DNA of 64,000 nt from assembly GCA_963706595.1 (NCBI GenBank), contig OY970166.1:4768001-4832000 (forward strand). The letters are read 5' to 3'. Numbering within the stretch: position 1 is the stretch's first letter; the number at the start of each line of letters is the position of its first letter. The notes below the pieces were generated by a model. That model did no database searches. It was not told the DNA's origin and saw nothing but the letters and a program-made list of their open reading frames with translations. This stretch comes from an uncultured cyanobacterium. GTDB taxonomy: Bacteria > Cyanobacteriota > Cyanobacteriia > Cyanobacteriales > Nostocaceae. A program made the position numbers and the translations under genes. Shown here piece by piece: positions 22,374 through 32,173 of the stretch.

Positions 22374-23342
22374 ATGGGTTTGGGAATCCTCCAGGATGGT
22401 AAGTGGATATCTAGACGGGATCAAGAAGATTCACAAGGTAAATTTATTCGCCCATCCACAACTTACCGGAATCAAATTACCGCCGATGGCTCTAGTGGTT
22501 TTAAGGCGGAACCGGGGCGCTATCATTTATATATCTCCTGGGCTTGTCCTTGGGCTTGTCGGACGGCAATTATCCGCCAATTAAAGGGACTAGAAGATGT
22601 AATTGGGTTATCCGTAGTTGGGGCGGAAATTGATCAAAACAGTTGGGAATTTACTGATGAACCGGGGGCGATTCCTGATTCTGTAAATGGTACTCAATAT
22701 CTTTGGCAACTTTATCTGAAAGCTGATTCCAACTACAGTGGACGGGTAACAGTGCCAGTTTTATGGGATAAAGAAAAGGGGACAATTGTTAATAATGAAT
22801 CCCGCGAAATCATCCGGATGTTTGATACGCAATTCAATGATTTTGCTCAACAAGATATCAACTTTTATCCCGAAAATTTACAACAACAAATTGACGAGAC
22901 GATTGATGCTATTTATCAACCGATAAATAATGGTGTATATCGGGCAGGATTTGCTACTTCTCAATCAGCTTATGATGAGGGGGTGACAGATTTATTTGCA
23001 GCCCTTGATGACTGGGAGAAGATATTAGGAAAACAGCGCTATCTCTGCGGGGATCAAGTGACTGAAGCTGACTGGTGTATGTTTACTACTTTGTTGCGGT
23101 TTGATGCTGTTTACTATGTGCATTTTAAATGCAATTTACGCCGGATGGTTGAGTATCCTAATTTGTGGAATTATCTCAAGGAACTCTATCAATTACCTGG
23201 TGTGAAAGAAACTTGTAATTTTGACCATATTAAACGGCATTATTACAGGAGTCATCCGAATGTAAACCCGACTCGCATTGTGCCTAAAGGTCCGGTGATT
23301 GATTTTGATGCACCCCATAACAGGGATGAAGTGGGTACATAA
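22374..23342 (+). CDS. Glutathionyl-hydroquinone reductase (YqjG/ECM4-like GST)
   Basis: GRYHLYISWACPWA, TVPVLWD, NNESREI, NNGVYRAGFA. Confidence 0.93.
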   Translation: MGLGILQDGKWISRRDQEDSQGKFIRPSTTYRNQITADGSSGFKAEPGRYHLYISWACPWACRTAIIRQLKGLEDVIGLSVVGAEIDQNSWEFTDEPGAIPDSVNGTQYLWQLYLKADSNYSGRVTVPVLWDKEKGTIVNNESREIIRMFDTQFNDFAQQDINFYPENLQQQIDETIDAIYQPINNGVYRAGFATSQSAYDEGVTDLFAALDDWEKILGKQRYLCGDQVTEADWCMFTTLLRFDAVYYVHFKCNLRRMVEYPNLWNYLKELYQLPGVKETCNFDHIKRHYYRSHPNVNPTRIVPKGPVIDFDAPHNRDEVGT

Positions 23343-23345
23343 AAT

Positions 23346-23374
23346 ATCCCCGACTTCTTCAAGAAGTCGGGGAT
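23346..23374. repeat. Perfect palindromic dispersed repeat (second copy 36543-36571); may act as a terminator
   Basis: ATCCCCGACTTCTT-C-AAGAAGTCGGGGAT. Confidence 0.85.
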
Positions 23375-23502
23375 TTGAGCTATCCTAAGTTGACGTAAGA
23401 AGTAAATGTCTAGCTTTGTCTAGTATTTATATAGCAGTCTCTCGGTGTAAATCATAGTTGAAAATTATCCGGTGCGTTGCGCTACGCGACAACACACCCT
23501 AC

Positions 23503-24855
23503 TCAATGAGGAAGCACTTTTTTGAGGGTGGCGGTGAAGTCGGGGTAGGAAATGGCGGCTGCTTCGGCGCGGTGAATGGTGGTGATTCCTGTGGAAACTA
23601 AAGATGCGATCGCCAGACTCATGGCAATGCGATGATCTGTATAACTATCGACATCAGTACCTACTAAGGGCGTACCGCCAGTAATTTCCATACCGTCGGG
23701 TAATTCACTGACTTTTGCGCCCATTTTATTCAGTTGCTGCGCCATCACGGTAATGCGATCGCTTTCTTTAACTCGCAATTCCTCTGCATCCCGAATCACA
23801 GTTGTACCTTCGGCAAATACTGCCGCTACTGCTAAAATGGGAATCTCATCAATCATTCTGGGAATGATATCTCCAGCAATGGTGCAGCTTTTTAACCGAC
23901 TGGAACGCACTCTGATATCCGCCACTGGTTCCCCAGCTACTTCGCGCTGATTTTCTAGTTGAATATCAGCCCCCATCAGTTCTAAAGCTTCTAAAATCCC
24001 GGTACGAGTGGGATTAACACCAACATTTTCCACTACCAATTCCGAACCGGGGACAATTGCGCCAGCGACTAACCAAAAGGCTGCTGAACTGATATCCCCA
24101 GGAACGATGACTTTTTGTCCCCGCAGTTGCGCTGGTCCAATGACAGTAACGCTATTGGTGTCTGGATCAATACTCAATTCTGCACCAAAAGCCCGTAACA
24201 TTCTTTCGCTGTGATCACGAGAAAGGGCGGGTTCGGTGACGGTGGTTTTTCCGGCTGTTAATAAACCTGCTAGTAATATACAGGATTTAACTTGGGCGGA
24301 AGCGATGGGGGAATGGTAATGAGTTGGTTTGAGGGCTTGTCCTTGAATTGCTAAGGGTGCTAAAGAATTGCCTTTACGTCCCCAAATTTCTGCGCCCATT
24401 TGTTGCAACGGTTTAACTACACGGGACATCGGACGCGATCGCAAAGAACTATCCCCTGTGACTGTAAAAAACCGCCCTGGATGAGAAGCTAAAAGCCCTA
24501 ACATCAGTCTGAGTGTAGTCCCAGAGTTGCCAGCATTCAAGACATCCAATGGTTCTTGCAATTGTCCCAAACCAATACCCTGAACTGTGACTAATTCGGT
24601 ATTGAGTTCCGAAATTTGCGCCCCCATAGCTTGAAAACAGCTTGCAGTGCTGCGGGGATCTTCGCCTAAAAGCAGCCCTTGGATCTGTGTTTCACCTTGA
24701 GCGATCGCACCTAACATTAAAGCCCGATGAGAGATGGATTTATCACCAGGGACACAGATACAACCCTGTAAAGACAGCCCAGCCGAGGGACGCTGGATAA
24801 TTAACTTTTGCGAAAGGTCTGGTTGAGTTTCTACAGTGATGACAGCAGCCGACAT
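23503..24855 (-). CDS. aroA: 3-phosphoshikimate 1-carboxyvinyltransferase (EPSP synthase)
   Basis: [36 protein letters not shown]. Confidence 0.98.
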   Translation of the reverse strand: MSAAVITVETQPDLSQKLIIQRPSAGLSLQGCICVPGDKSISHRALMLGAIAQGETQIQGLLLGEDPRSTASCFQAMGAQISELNTELVTVQGIGLGQLQEPLDVLNAGNSGTTLRLMLGLLASHPGRFFTVTGDSSLRSRPMSRVVKPLQQMGAEIWGRKGNSLAPLAIQGQALKPTHYHSPIASAQVKSCILLAGLLTAGKTTVTEPALSRDHSERMLRAFGAELSIDPDTNSVTVIGPAQLRGQKVIVPGDISSAAFWLVAGAIVPGSELVVENVGVNPTRTGILEALELMGADIQLENQREVAGEPVADIRVRSSRLKSCTIAGDIIPRMIDEIPILAVAAVFAEGTTVIRDAEELRVKESDRITVMAQQLNKMGAKVSELPDGMEITGGTPLVGTDVDSYTDHRIAMSLAIASLVSTGITTIHRAEAAAISYPDFTATLKKVLPH

Positions 24856-25200
24856 GAGTTTACACTTCTTGGATACACCGGAAGTTCATCAGCGACTAAA
24901 TTTGTCCCGACTGGACACTTCCTGCCTAGTATCCTATCGCTTTTTGTTCGCGTAAATTTACCAAAATCTACCCAATAGATGATGAATCTTCACTGTATAC
25001 TTTTTTCCTCGACAAAAATCACTCTCAGGGGTCTTGTGTTTCTTGCCACTGTCATTTCATAATTTCCCCCAAAAATTTTCCAAATAACACCAGAGAAAGT
25101 GTTTAAATTTATAATCTTTTATTTATTTTTAGGTTGATTTATTGGGCTTACCAAATCAGCATCATCAGTTAATATGAAGGATGTTTGACTATTTACCAAA

Positions 25201-25327
25201 GAGGCAGAGGGGAAGGGGAGAAGAGGAATGGTTGTTAAGTAACCGGAAGTTTAAAGTAATTTCTTGCTCCCTGCTCCCCTACCTCTTAACTCCCCCCTGC
25301 TCCCTGCTCCCTGCTCCCCTGCTTCTT
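25201..25327 (+). repeat. Dispersed element with a conserved 35 bp core between G-rich and C-rich arms (cores at 25230, 26670, 47388)
   Basis: Core GGTTGTTAAGTAACCGGAAGTTTAAAGTAATTTCT is identical in two copies, with one mismatch in the third. Confidence 0.85.
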
Positions 25328-25403
25328 TTGACTGGCTGCTCCTGACTGTTAAAGATACTGGTGTTAATTTCACGTTCAATAGCTTTTAGCCCCTATCGCT
25401 CCC

Positions 25404-25916
25404 ATGCTGACCCATCACCGTAAGCCCGTATGTTTATCACTTATTTCCACTGACCTGCCATTCTGGTCTGTTGTGGAGACTGCGGGAACATTGTATCAAA
25501 AAGACAATCATAAATTTCATTTACTATTGACAGCACCGCCTTTAATTACCTGCGAACTGGCAAGTTCTCTGAATTCAGAAGAAATCCTGCTTGAAAATCA
25601 GAGTAACTCTCAAGCCTCCAGCAGTCCCAGAATTTTGTGGCTAGAGATTTCCCCCTACCGGGTAATTATGACTATGCAAGGTAACGGTCAAGTTAGTTAT
25701 CGCCATTTTTGGGAACAAGGCGTTTATGGTGTCAGCCGTTATTGGCTACCTAGTGAGTCATTGAAACCTCATAATCCGATTCGTTTACGAAATTTCACCA
25801 AAAATCTGTCGCTGAAGGGACACCGCTTACCAGAGCATTTACGGCTGGAATATGAATTGTGGGCAGATAAAGTCCAGATGGGAAGCTACATTCTCAATCT
25901 GGAAATTAAACACTAA
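25404..25916 (+). CDS. Hypothetical protein
   Basis: 170 aa ATG ORF with protein-like composition; no motif recognised. Confidence 0.7.
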   Translation: MLTHHRKPVCLSLISTDLPFWSVVETAGTLYQKDNHKFHLLLTAPPLITCELASSLNSEEILLENQSNSQASSSPRILWLEISPYRVIMTMQGNGQVSYRHFWEQGVYGVSRYWLPSESLKPHNPIRLRNFTKNLSLKGHRLPEHLRLEYELWADKVQMGSYILNLEIKH

Positions 25917-26015
25917 CGCCGCCGCTAGGCGGAAGTCAAAAGTTTACCCTGAGAGCAGCCGAAGGGTCAAAAGTCAAAAGTCAAAAGTCAAAAACTTATT
26001 TTTGACTTGGTATGA

Positions 26016-26597
26016 TTAACCGAAATAACTGGGTTCGTTACTGGGTTTCCACTTAATATTGCAACCAATACTGGGCTTTTGTGCAATTGTCACGGGTTGA
26101 TCTGCCAATACGGATGCGATCGCCGCGCGTAAATCTGCACCAGTCACGGGTTTACCATTACTGGGACGGCTATCATCCAATTGTCCCCGATAAGCTAGTT
26201 TGCGTTCTGCGTCAAATACAAAAAAATCAGGTGTACAAGCTGCTGTATAAGCTTTGGCTATTTCCTGCGTTTCGTCATAACACAAGGGAAAGTTAAAATC
26301 AAGTTTTATGGCCATGGCTTTCAAAGACACTGGCGCATCATCTGGATATTTCTCCGCATCATTGGCGCTAATGGCTACGATTCCTAAATCCTTGGAGGAG
26401 TAATCGTTTCCTAGACGCGCTAATTCTTCTTGGATATAGTTGACAAATGGGCAATGCTGACAAATGAACATGACCAACAATGCTTTTTGATCTGCAAAAT
26501 TAGCCAGGGAAATCTTTTTTCCAGATACCACTTCGGGTAGATGAAAATCTGGTGCTTGCGTGCCTAATGGCAACATAGTAGATGCAGTTAAAGTCAT
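26016..26597 (-). CDS. Thioredoxin-fold AhpC/TSA family protein
   Basis: APDFHLP, CQHCPFV, AACTPDFF, SIGCNIKW. Confidence 0.93.
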   Translation of the reverse strand: MTLTASTMLPLGTQAPDFHLPEVVSGKKISLANFADQKALLVMFICQHCPFVNYIQEELARLGNDYSSKDLGIVAISANDAEKYPDDAPVSLKAMAIKLDFNFPLCYDETQEIAKAYTAACTPDFFVFDAERKLAYRGQLDDSRPSNGKPVTGADLRAAIASVLADQPVTIAQKPSIGCNIKWKPSNEPSYFG

Positions 26598-26833
26598 AGA
26601 AGTTGGGGAGTAGGAAGTGGGGAGAAGAGGAACAGGTGCAGGGGGCAGGGGGCAGGGGAGAAGAGGAACGGTTGTTAAGTAACCGGAAGTTTAAAGTAAT
26701 TTCTCACTCCCCCTTGCTCCCTGCTCCGGTGCGCCCCTGCTTCTTCTGGGGAGTGGGGGACAATTCTTAGTTTCTAGCCCTTTTTTTGTCTGTTAATAGT
26801 TTAAGCATTATTGATGCATATACATAAAATTAA

Positions 26834-26853
26834 AGACGGGAAAATTCCCGTCT
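26834..26853 (-). terminator. Intrinsic terminator after hli
   Basis: AGACGGGAA/TTCCCGTCT stem followed by TTAATTTT on the minus strand. Confidence 0.6.
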
Positions 26854-26890
26854 CTACATTTTTTAAATATTAAGTTATCAATATTAGTTT

Positions 26891-27106
26891 TTACAGGCTT
26901 GCCAAAAGGCCGATTATACCATGTCCTGTGAATACCTCTAATGCGATCAGAGACACGAAACCAATCATTGCTAAACGACCGTTGAGCAATTCGGCGTAGG
27001 GAGTGAACCCGGTGCGATCGCCTTGCTCGTCTATATAAACCTTTGGTTCAATTGCAAAGTTGTTCATTAGACCTTGGTCATCAACAATGGCTGTATTGGT
27101 ACGCAT
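26891..27106 (-). CDS. hli: High-light-inducible protein (HLIP/SCP)
   Basis: NNFAIEP...[18 protein letters not shown] chlorophyll-binding motif; 71 aa from MRTNT. Confidence 0.95.
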   Translation of the reverse strand: MRTNTAIVDDQGLMNNFAIEPKVYIDEQGDRTGFTPYAELLNGRLAMIGFVSLIALEVFTGHGIIGLLASL

Positions 27107-27131
27107 CTGTTTTTTCCTGTCTTTTCTTGTG

Positions 27132-27170
27132 TATGTAAACAACTGTAACAAAGTTATTAAATTTTGTAAA
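27132..27170 (-). promoter_or_regulatory. HLR1 (RpaB-binding) direct repeat upstream of hli
   Basis: Minus strand GTTACAGT-TG-TTTACATA, one mismatch to (G/T)TTACA(T/A)(T/A)-N2 repeat, plus a further TTTACAAA half-site. Confidence 0.7.
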
Positions 27171-27351
27171 GTATCTGAGACAAATTTTTTCAAATCATCG
27201 ACAAATCTGGTTGGTCTCCTTCTCCCCTCTCCTTGCTAAGGAGAGGGGCTGGGGGTGAGGTTCTTTACTTTATTTTCTCCGGCCTCCTGAACGAGATATT
27301 ATAGTGAATCGGGTTCACAAAGACGTTTCACCAACAGGTTGCAATTTATCA

Positions 27352-29064
27352 ATGCATCGATTTCGAGTAGAGGTTATTGCCAAAACACCAAACCCGCAGC
27401 AAGTGGTTTATGCTGCGATGCACCAAGACTATAGCGATGGCTTTGTGTATGACGAGCGCGATTCTTGGCCTTCCGAGTCACAATGCGGCGAAATTATTGT
27501 TAAGCGACTTTTAGCAGGCGATCGCGGACACTATGGCTGCTATACTCCTGACACTGAAGTATTGACCCGCAGAGGGTGGGTAAAATTTCCCCACCTGTTA
27601 CCTCAAGAAGAAGTTGTTGCTGTAAATATTCAAACTGGTCAGGGACATTTTGAGTCTCCCATTGCTTACCAAAAACATACAATCAACGACAAACTTTATC
27701 AGGTAAAAGGTCAAAATTTAAGTCTAGCCGTAACCCTAGACCACCGTATGGTTGTTGCACATCGCCAAAAAGGTGGGAGTTGGACAGACTATTATTTTGC
27801 ATCAGCAGCCGATGTAGCAGGTAAACCCAGAAAATATCTCAATTCTACCTGTCTCAAATTCGATCAGCGTTGCAGTTATCCTCTAGATTTACCTCCTGGA
27901 TATGATCCTGAAAATTTAATGAAATTGGCTGGTTTTTTTATTGGAGATGGCTGCATCAATAACGCCAGTATTTATACTAGATTTCGGCTCAGAAAGCAAA
28001 ACAAAATTGACTATCTTTATGAGTTAGGGTTTGAGATTAAAGAACACCCAAATGACCGATACAGCCTCACAGATTCCAAGGTAGCGGCTTGGTTGCAGAA
28101 AACCTTTACCCATAACCAAGAAAAATTTATTCCTTGGTCTTACTTAAACTTAACGCCGGATTTGATTGTTTGTTTGTTAGAAGGGATGCGAGTCACTGAT
28201 GGCACTCAAAAAAGAAGCAGTTGGTCTTATGATTCTACAAGTGACCAAGTTTTAGACTTTTTACAAGCGATTCTACATCTAAATGGCGAATCCGGTTCGT
28301 ACAGTCTCAATCATCCCAATCAAGGCGAAGAACACAAAAACCACAAACCTTGTGGCAGAATCCATATATCTAAACGCAGAGAACCTAGAGTAGAAATCTC
28401 TCAGAATAATCGCTCTCGTAGTTATGTTGAAAGCATCGAATCATATCAAGGTGATGTTTTTTGCGTGACGGTTTCAACCGGGGCGTTGCTGGTGCGAAAA
28501 GACAGAAAAGTTGTTGTTTGTGGGAACTGCTTAGAGCATCCTCAAATAGTTTTTAACTGTGGTTATTTTCCCCACAGTGTGATGCAGCAGGCTCGTACTC
28601 ATCGGGTAGGGGTATCATTTGATGTGCAATCTTTTAGGTACACTGGGAACCAATTTATTGATGTAGTAGAAAGTAAAAAAGATATAGAAGATGTCTTTTA
28701 CCTGCGTCCTGTTGGTGATTACTCTGATAGACAAGGCAAAAAATATTACTATTCACCAGAACAACGAGCAACAGATTTAGAATGGTGTCTCGAAGCAGCG
28801 AAGCGTTACAAAGCTGATTTTGAGGGGGGAATGTCTGAGGAACACGCAAGAGGTAAAGTACCTTTTGACTATCGTCAGCATTTTGTCGTCAGTTTTAATT
28901 TAAGGTCTTTCATGCACTTTTGTGACATGAGAAATAAAAAAGATGCTCAACTAGAAATTCAACAGTTGTGTGAAATGATGTGGCCTCACTTTGCAGAATG
29001 GACACCTGCGATCGCACAATGGTATGAGAAGCAGCGTCAAGGTAAAGCCAGATTAGCACCTTAA
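27352..29064 (+). CDS. thyX: FAD-dependent thymidylate synthase containing an intein
   Basis: GHYG|CLEH and RTHRVGVSFDVQSFRY motifs; 570 aa precursor, 240 aa after removing the intein. Confidence 0.93.
   Translation: MHRFRVEVIAKTPNPQQVVYAAMHQDYSDGFVYDERDSWPSESQCGEIIVKRLLAGDRGHYGCYTPDTEVLTRRGWVKFPHLLPQEEVVAVNIQTGQGHFESPIAYQKHTINDKLYQVKGQNLSLAVTLDHRMVVAHRQKGGSWTDYYFASAADVAGKPRKYLNSTCLKFDQRCSYPLDLPPGYDPENLMKLAGFFIGDGCINNASIYTRFRLRKQNKIDYLYELGFEIKEHPNDRYSLTDSKVAAWLQKTFTHNQEKFIPWSYLNLTPDLIVCLLEGMRVTDGTQKRSSWSYDSTSDQVLDFLQAILHLNGESGSYSLNHPNQGEEHKNHKPCGRIHISKRREPRVEISQNNRSRSYVESIESYQGDVFCVTVSTGALLVRKDRKVVVCGNCLEHPQIVFNCGYFPHSVMQQARTHRVGVSFDVQSFRYTGNQFIDVVESKKDIEDVFYLRPVGDYSDRQGKKYYYSPEQRATDLEWCLEAAKRYKADFEGGMSEEHARGKVPFDYRQHFVVSFNLRSFMHFCDMRNKKDAQLEIQQLCEMMWPHFAEWTPAIAQWYEKQRQGKARLAP
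27538..28527 (+). mobile_element. Intein (330 aa) with LAGLIDADG homing endonuclease
   Basis: Block A CYTPDTEVLT, block B VTLDHRM, LAGFFIGDG and LEGMRVTDG, block F VFCVTV, C-terminal CGN followed by Cys+1. Confidence 0.93.
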
Positions 29065-29175
29065 ATAGTCGGTTTTTTTAACGCAGAGGGGCGCTAAGGT
29101 AACGCAAAGGAACGCAAAGTTTTAATTATCCCTCTTTAACTTGGCGTTCTTGGCTTCTTCTCCCAAAGGGAGAGG

Positions 29176-31998
29176 CTAGCGCCAAGGCGGTTCGATAATC
29201 TTATTTCCTTTCAACAAAGCTACAGGAAAATGTTTGAGTACATCACCAATTAACAGAATTTTATCAGCGCTGACCATTTCCCCAGTAATAGTATCTTGCC
29301 AAACTGAAGGCGCTACTGGTGGTAACTGAATATATGTATCATCCCAGACTTGCTGACTTAAAGGATATTCTCCCGGTTGAATTAAGCTAGTAAAAAAGCG
29401 CGGTGCAATGGTAATCATTGTCTGATGATTATAAACCCTCGCAAAAGCAATGATATGATTTGCAAACTTTCCCCTAGCTTCTAAAGGTAAATAGTCACCT
29501 TGCTGAAAAACTGTTAAATTTTCTCTTCTCGCTTTTAACGCTTGAGCAATTAGAAACAGTTTTATTCTACCATCTTGTTTAGTTGCTAATAATTCATCTA
29601 TCAATTTTAAAATATCAGTTTCGGCTTGTTTTTTAATGGCTTTGAGATAAGTCTCTCGTAGGTCAAAATCAACCGGACGACGATTATCAGGGTCAACCAT
29701 ACTAAAATCCCAAAGTTCTGTTCCTTGATAAAAGTCGGGAACTCCAGGAGAGGTGATTTTTAATAAAGTTTGAGATAAGGAATTAAAAATACCATAGTAG
29801 GCTATGCGTTTCTGAAAAGGGATAAATTTATGCAAGAATTCATCTTCTTTTAAAACTGCTGAAACAAACTGAGTCAAAGCATTTTCATAAGTTTCATTAG
29901 GTCGCAGCCATGCTGTATAAACTTTAGCTTCTCTAGCAGCTTTGAGGACATAATCTTGAATGCGTTGGTAAAAGTCATTATATTCACTTTCAAAAAAGGG
30001 AAATGCCCCAATCAGCATCTGATAAAATTGGTATTCCTGGTTTCTAGCTGGGTTATGTAAACTTTTATTTAAACTGGTTTTGTGAACATGATTAATTTCA
30101 CAAAATGCGTAAACTTGTGTTTTCCATTCTTCGGGGATTTCTGATAATACATTTAATCTGGCGCGGATATCTTCACCACGTTTAGTATCATGGGTGGAAG
30201 TAGCATTCATTGAGTGTAACCAATGGGTTTGTCGCTGTTGATTAAACTTGTGAAAATCGGCAATACTTACGCCAAATTTATCGGGATTTCCACCAACTTC
30301 GTTTAAGGAAATAAAGCGGTTATAAACGTATAAAGCTGTGTCTTCCACGCCTTTAGCCATTAAGGGACCAGTATACTGCTGTAGTCGCATGACAAAATCA
30401 AGCCATTGCTGTTGATCCTCTGGTGTGAGATAATTTTCATATTCCAGTAACAGCAATTTTTCAATGAAGTTTAATTCATGGTGTAGCAGGGGAAGATTGG
30501 ATTTTGCTTGTTGAATTACATCTTGGATATATTCACGGTCTGCTGCTAAGATACCGTCTGAATTTGTGTAAGTTCGATAGATAGGAAAGAGAGTTAATAT
30601 TTCTGCGATCGCACGTTTTAAGCCATTAATGGTAAAATCATTACCATAACGATGTTTGCCTGCTATTTTTTTTAATATATAAGTTAAATTATCAACATCT
30701 CCGGCTAAATTTCGTTCTAAAATTAAATGCTTTTTCTCAATAGCTAGTTGTTCATAAGCTGTTCTAAAACCTGTCACATTCCAATAGATTTTAGTAAAAG
30801 CTTCTTCGCTTGCAGTTTGACAAAAACTACCATTCAGATAATTCAAGAAATCATAACCTGTAGTCCCTTGAATCGACCATTGGTGAGGTAAATCTTCCCC
30901 TGATTGCAAAATCTTTTCGGCGATGATATATGTATTACCTACTTTTTCTTTTAGTCTCTGTAAATACTGAGTTGGATTATAAAGTCCATCAATATGGTCA
31001 ATTCGTAACCCAGTAATTTGATTTTGTTTAACTAACTTTGTAATCAAAGCATGGGTATTTTCAAATACCTGAAAATCTTCGATATTCACAGATATTAATT
31101 CATTGACTGTAAAAAACCTTCTGTAATTAATCTCTTCTGCGCCGACTTTCCAAAAAGCCAAGCGGAAAAACTGTTCAGAAAGTAAACTATCTAAAAGATT
31201 AAAGCTTTCGGGTTTACCTTGTTCACCATTAAACAGTTTGAGGTTTTCGTCAATAAATCTTTGGACTTCTGTATTATCTGTATAAAGTTCCCATAACAAG
31301 CCTTTGACAAAATCTATTTGGTCTTGTCTCTCTTTTGGTGTAGCATCAGCAGGTATATGTTTGACCATATAAAGAATACCAAGCAAGCGCACAAATATGG
31401 GATTATTTCTCCCTAATATTTGAGATAATTTGCCTATATTATGATTGAGAAATATAGCATAAGATTCTAATTTTAGGGGAAATCTGAAATCATAATAATT
31501 CACACTCAAGCCATTTTGGTCATATTTGAGTTGAATTTCTCCATTTTCTAAGGATTCACCGTAAAAATTGCCCAGCAAAGGCGCTAAAATTGGTTTTTGA
31601 CTATCAGCAATTCCATTGTTTATGGGAGAATTCCAGGAAATATCAAAGTAGTTAGCATAAATAGAATTAACACCATTTTCTAGAACATTCATTAGATATT
31701 GATTTTGGCTATCATAAGCCATGTGGTTGGGGACAATATCTTGAAGCCAACCGATATGATGCTGTTTTAATTCTTCAACTAAAGCGGTAAATTCTTCTGG
31801 TGTTCCTAATTCTGGGTTTAATTGATTGGGGTCAACTATATCATAGCCGTGGGTGCTACCTGTTCTGGCTTTAAATATTGGTGATGCATACAGGTCGGAT
31901 ATTCCTAATTCGTTAAGATAGTTGATGATTTTTTTGGCTGAGTTAAAATTAAATTGGGTGTTGAATTGAATACGATAGGTTGCTGTTGGTATTCGCAT
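29176..31998 (-). CDS. treY: Malto-oligosyltrehalose synthase
   Basis: PTATYRIQF, GSTHGYD, DIVPNHM, GLRIDHIDGL, STHDTKRGED, SMVDPDNRRPVDF. Confidence 0.96.
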   Translation of the reverse strand: MRIPTATYRIQFNTQFNFNSAKKIINYLNELGISDLYASPIFKARTGSTHGYDIVDPNQLNPELGTPEEFTALVEELKQHHIGWLQDIVPNHMAYDSQNQYLMNVLENGVNSIYANYFDISWNSPINNGIADSQKPILAPLLGNFYGESLENGEIQLKYDQNGLSVNYYDFRFPLKLESYAIFLNHNIGKLSQILGRNNPIFVRLLGILYMVKHIPADATPKERQDQIDFVKGLLWELYTDNTEVQRFIDENLKLFNGEQGKPESFNLLDSLLSEQFFRLAFWKVGAEEINYRRFFTVNELISVNIEDFQVFENTHALITKLVKQNQITGLRIDHIDGLYNPTQYLQRLKEKVGNTYIIAEKILQSGEDLPHQWSIQGTTGYDFLNYLNGSFCQTASEEAFTKIYWNVTGFRTAYEQLAIEKKHLILERNLAGDVDNLTYILKKIAGKHRYGNDFTINGLKRAIAEILTLFPIYRTYTNSDGILAADREYIQDVIQQAKSNLPLLHHELNFIEKLLLLEYENYLTPEDQQQWLDFVMRLQQYTGPLMAKGVEDTALYVYNRFISLNEVGGNPDKFGVSIADFHKFNQQRQTHWLHSMNATSTHDTKRGEDIRARLNVLSEIPEEWKTQVYAFCEINHVHKTSLNKSLHNPARNQEYQFYQMLIGAFPFFESEYNDFYQRIQDYVLKAAREAKVYTAWLRPNETYENALTQFVSAVLKEDEFLHKFIPFQKRIAYYGIFNSLSQTLLKITSPGVPDFYQGTELWDFSMVDPDNRRPVDFDLRETYLKAIKKQAETDILKLIDELLATKQDGRIKLFLIAQALKARRENLTVFQQGDYLPLEARGKFANHIIAFARVYNHQTMITIAPRFFTSLIQPGEYPLSQQVWDDTYIQLPPVAPSVWQDTITGEMVSADKILLIGDVLKHFPVALLKGNKIIEPPWR

Positions 31999-32173
31999 GG
32001 GGATAACTAATTCCTTTTTTATCGTTCGCGTAGCGTGCGCGCAGCGCATACCACAGAGGCGCAGAGTTCACAGAGATGAGAGAATATGGATTTGTTTCGC
32101 GCAAAGGCGCAAAGGCGCAAAGGTACAAAGAAAAATAAAGTTAATTTTGGCATTTCATCTTCTGATTCAGCTT

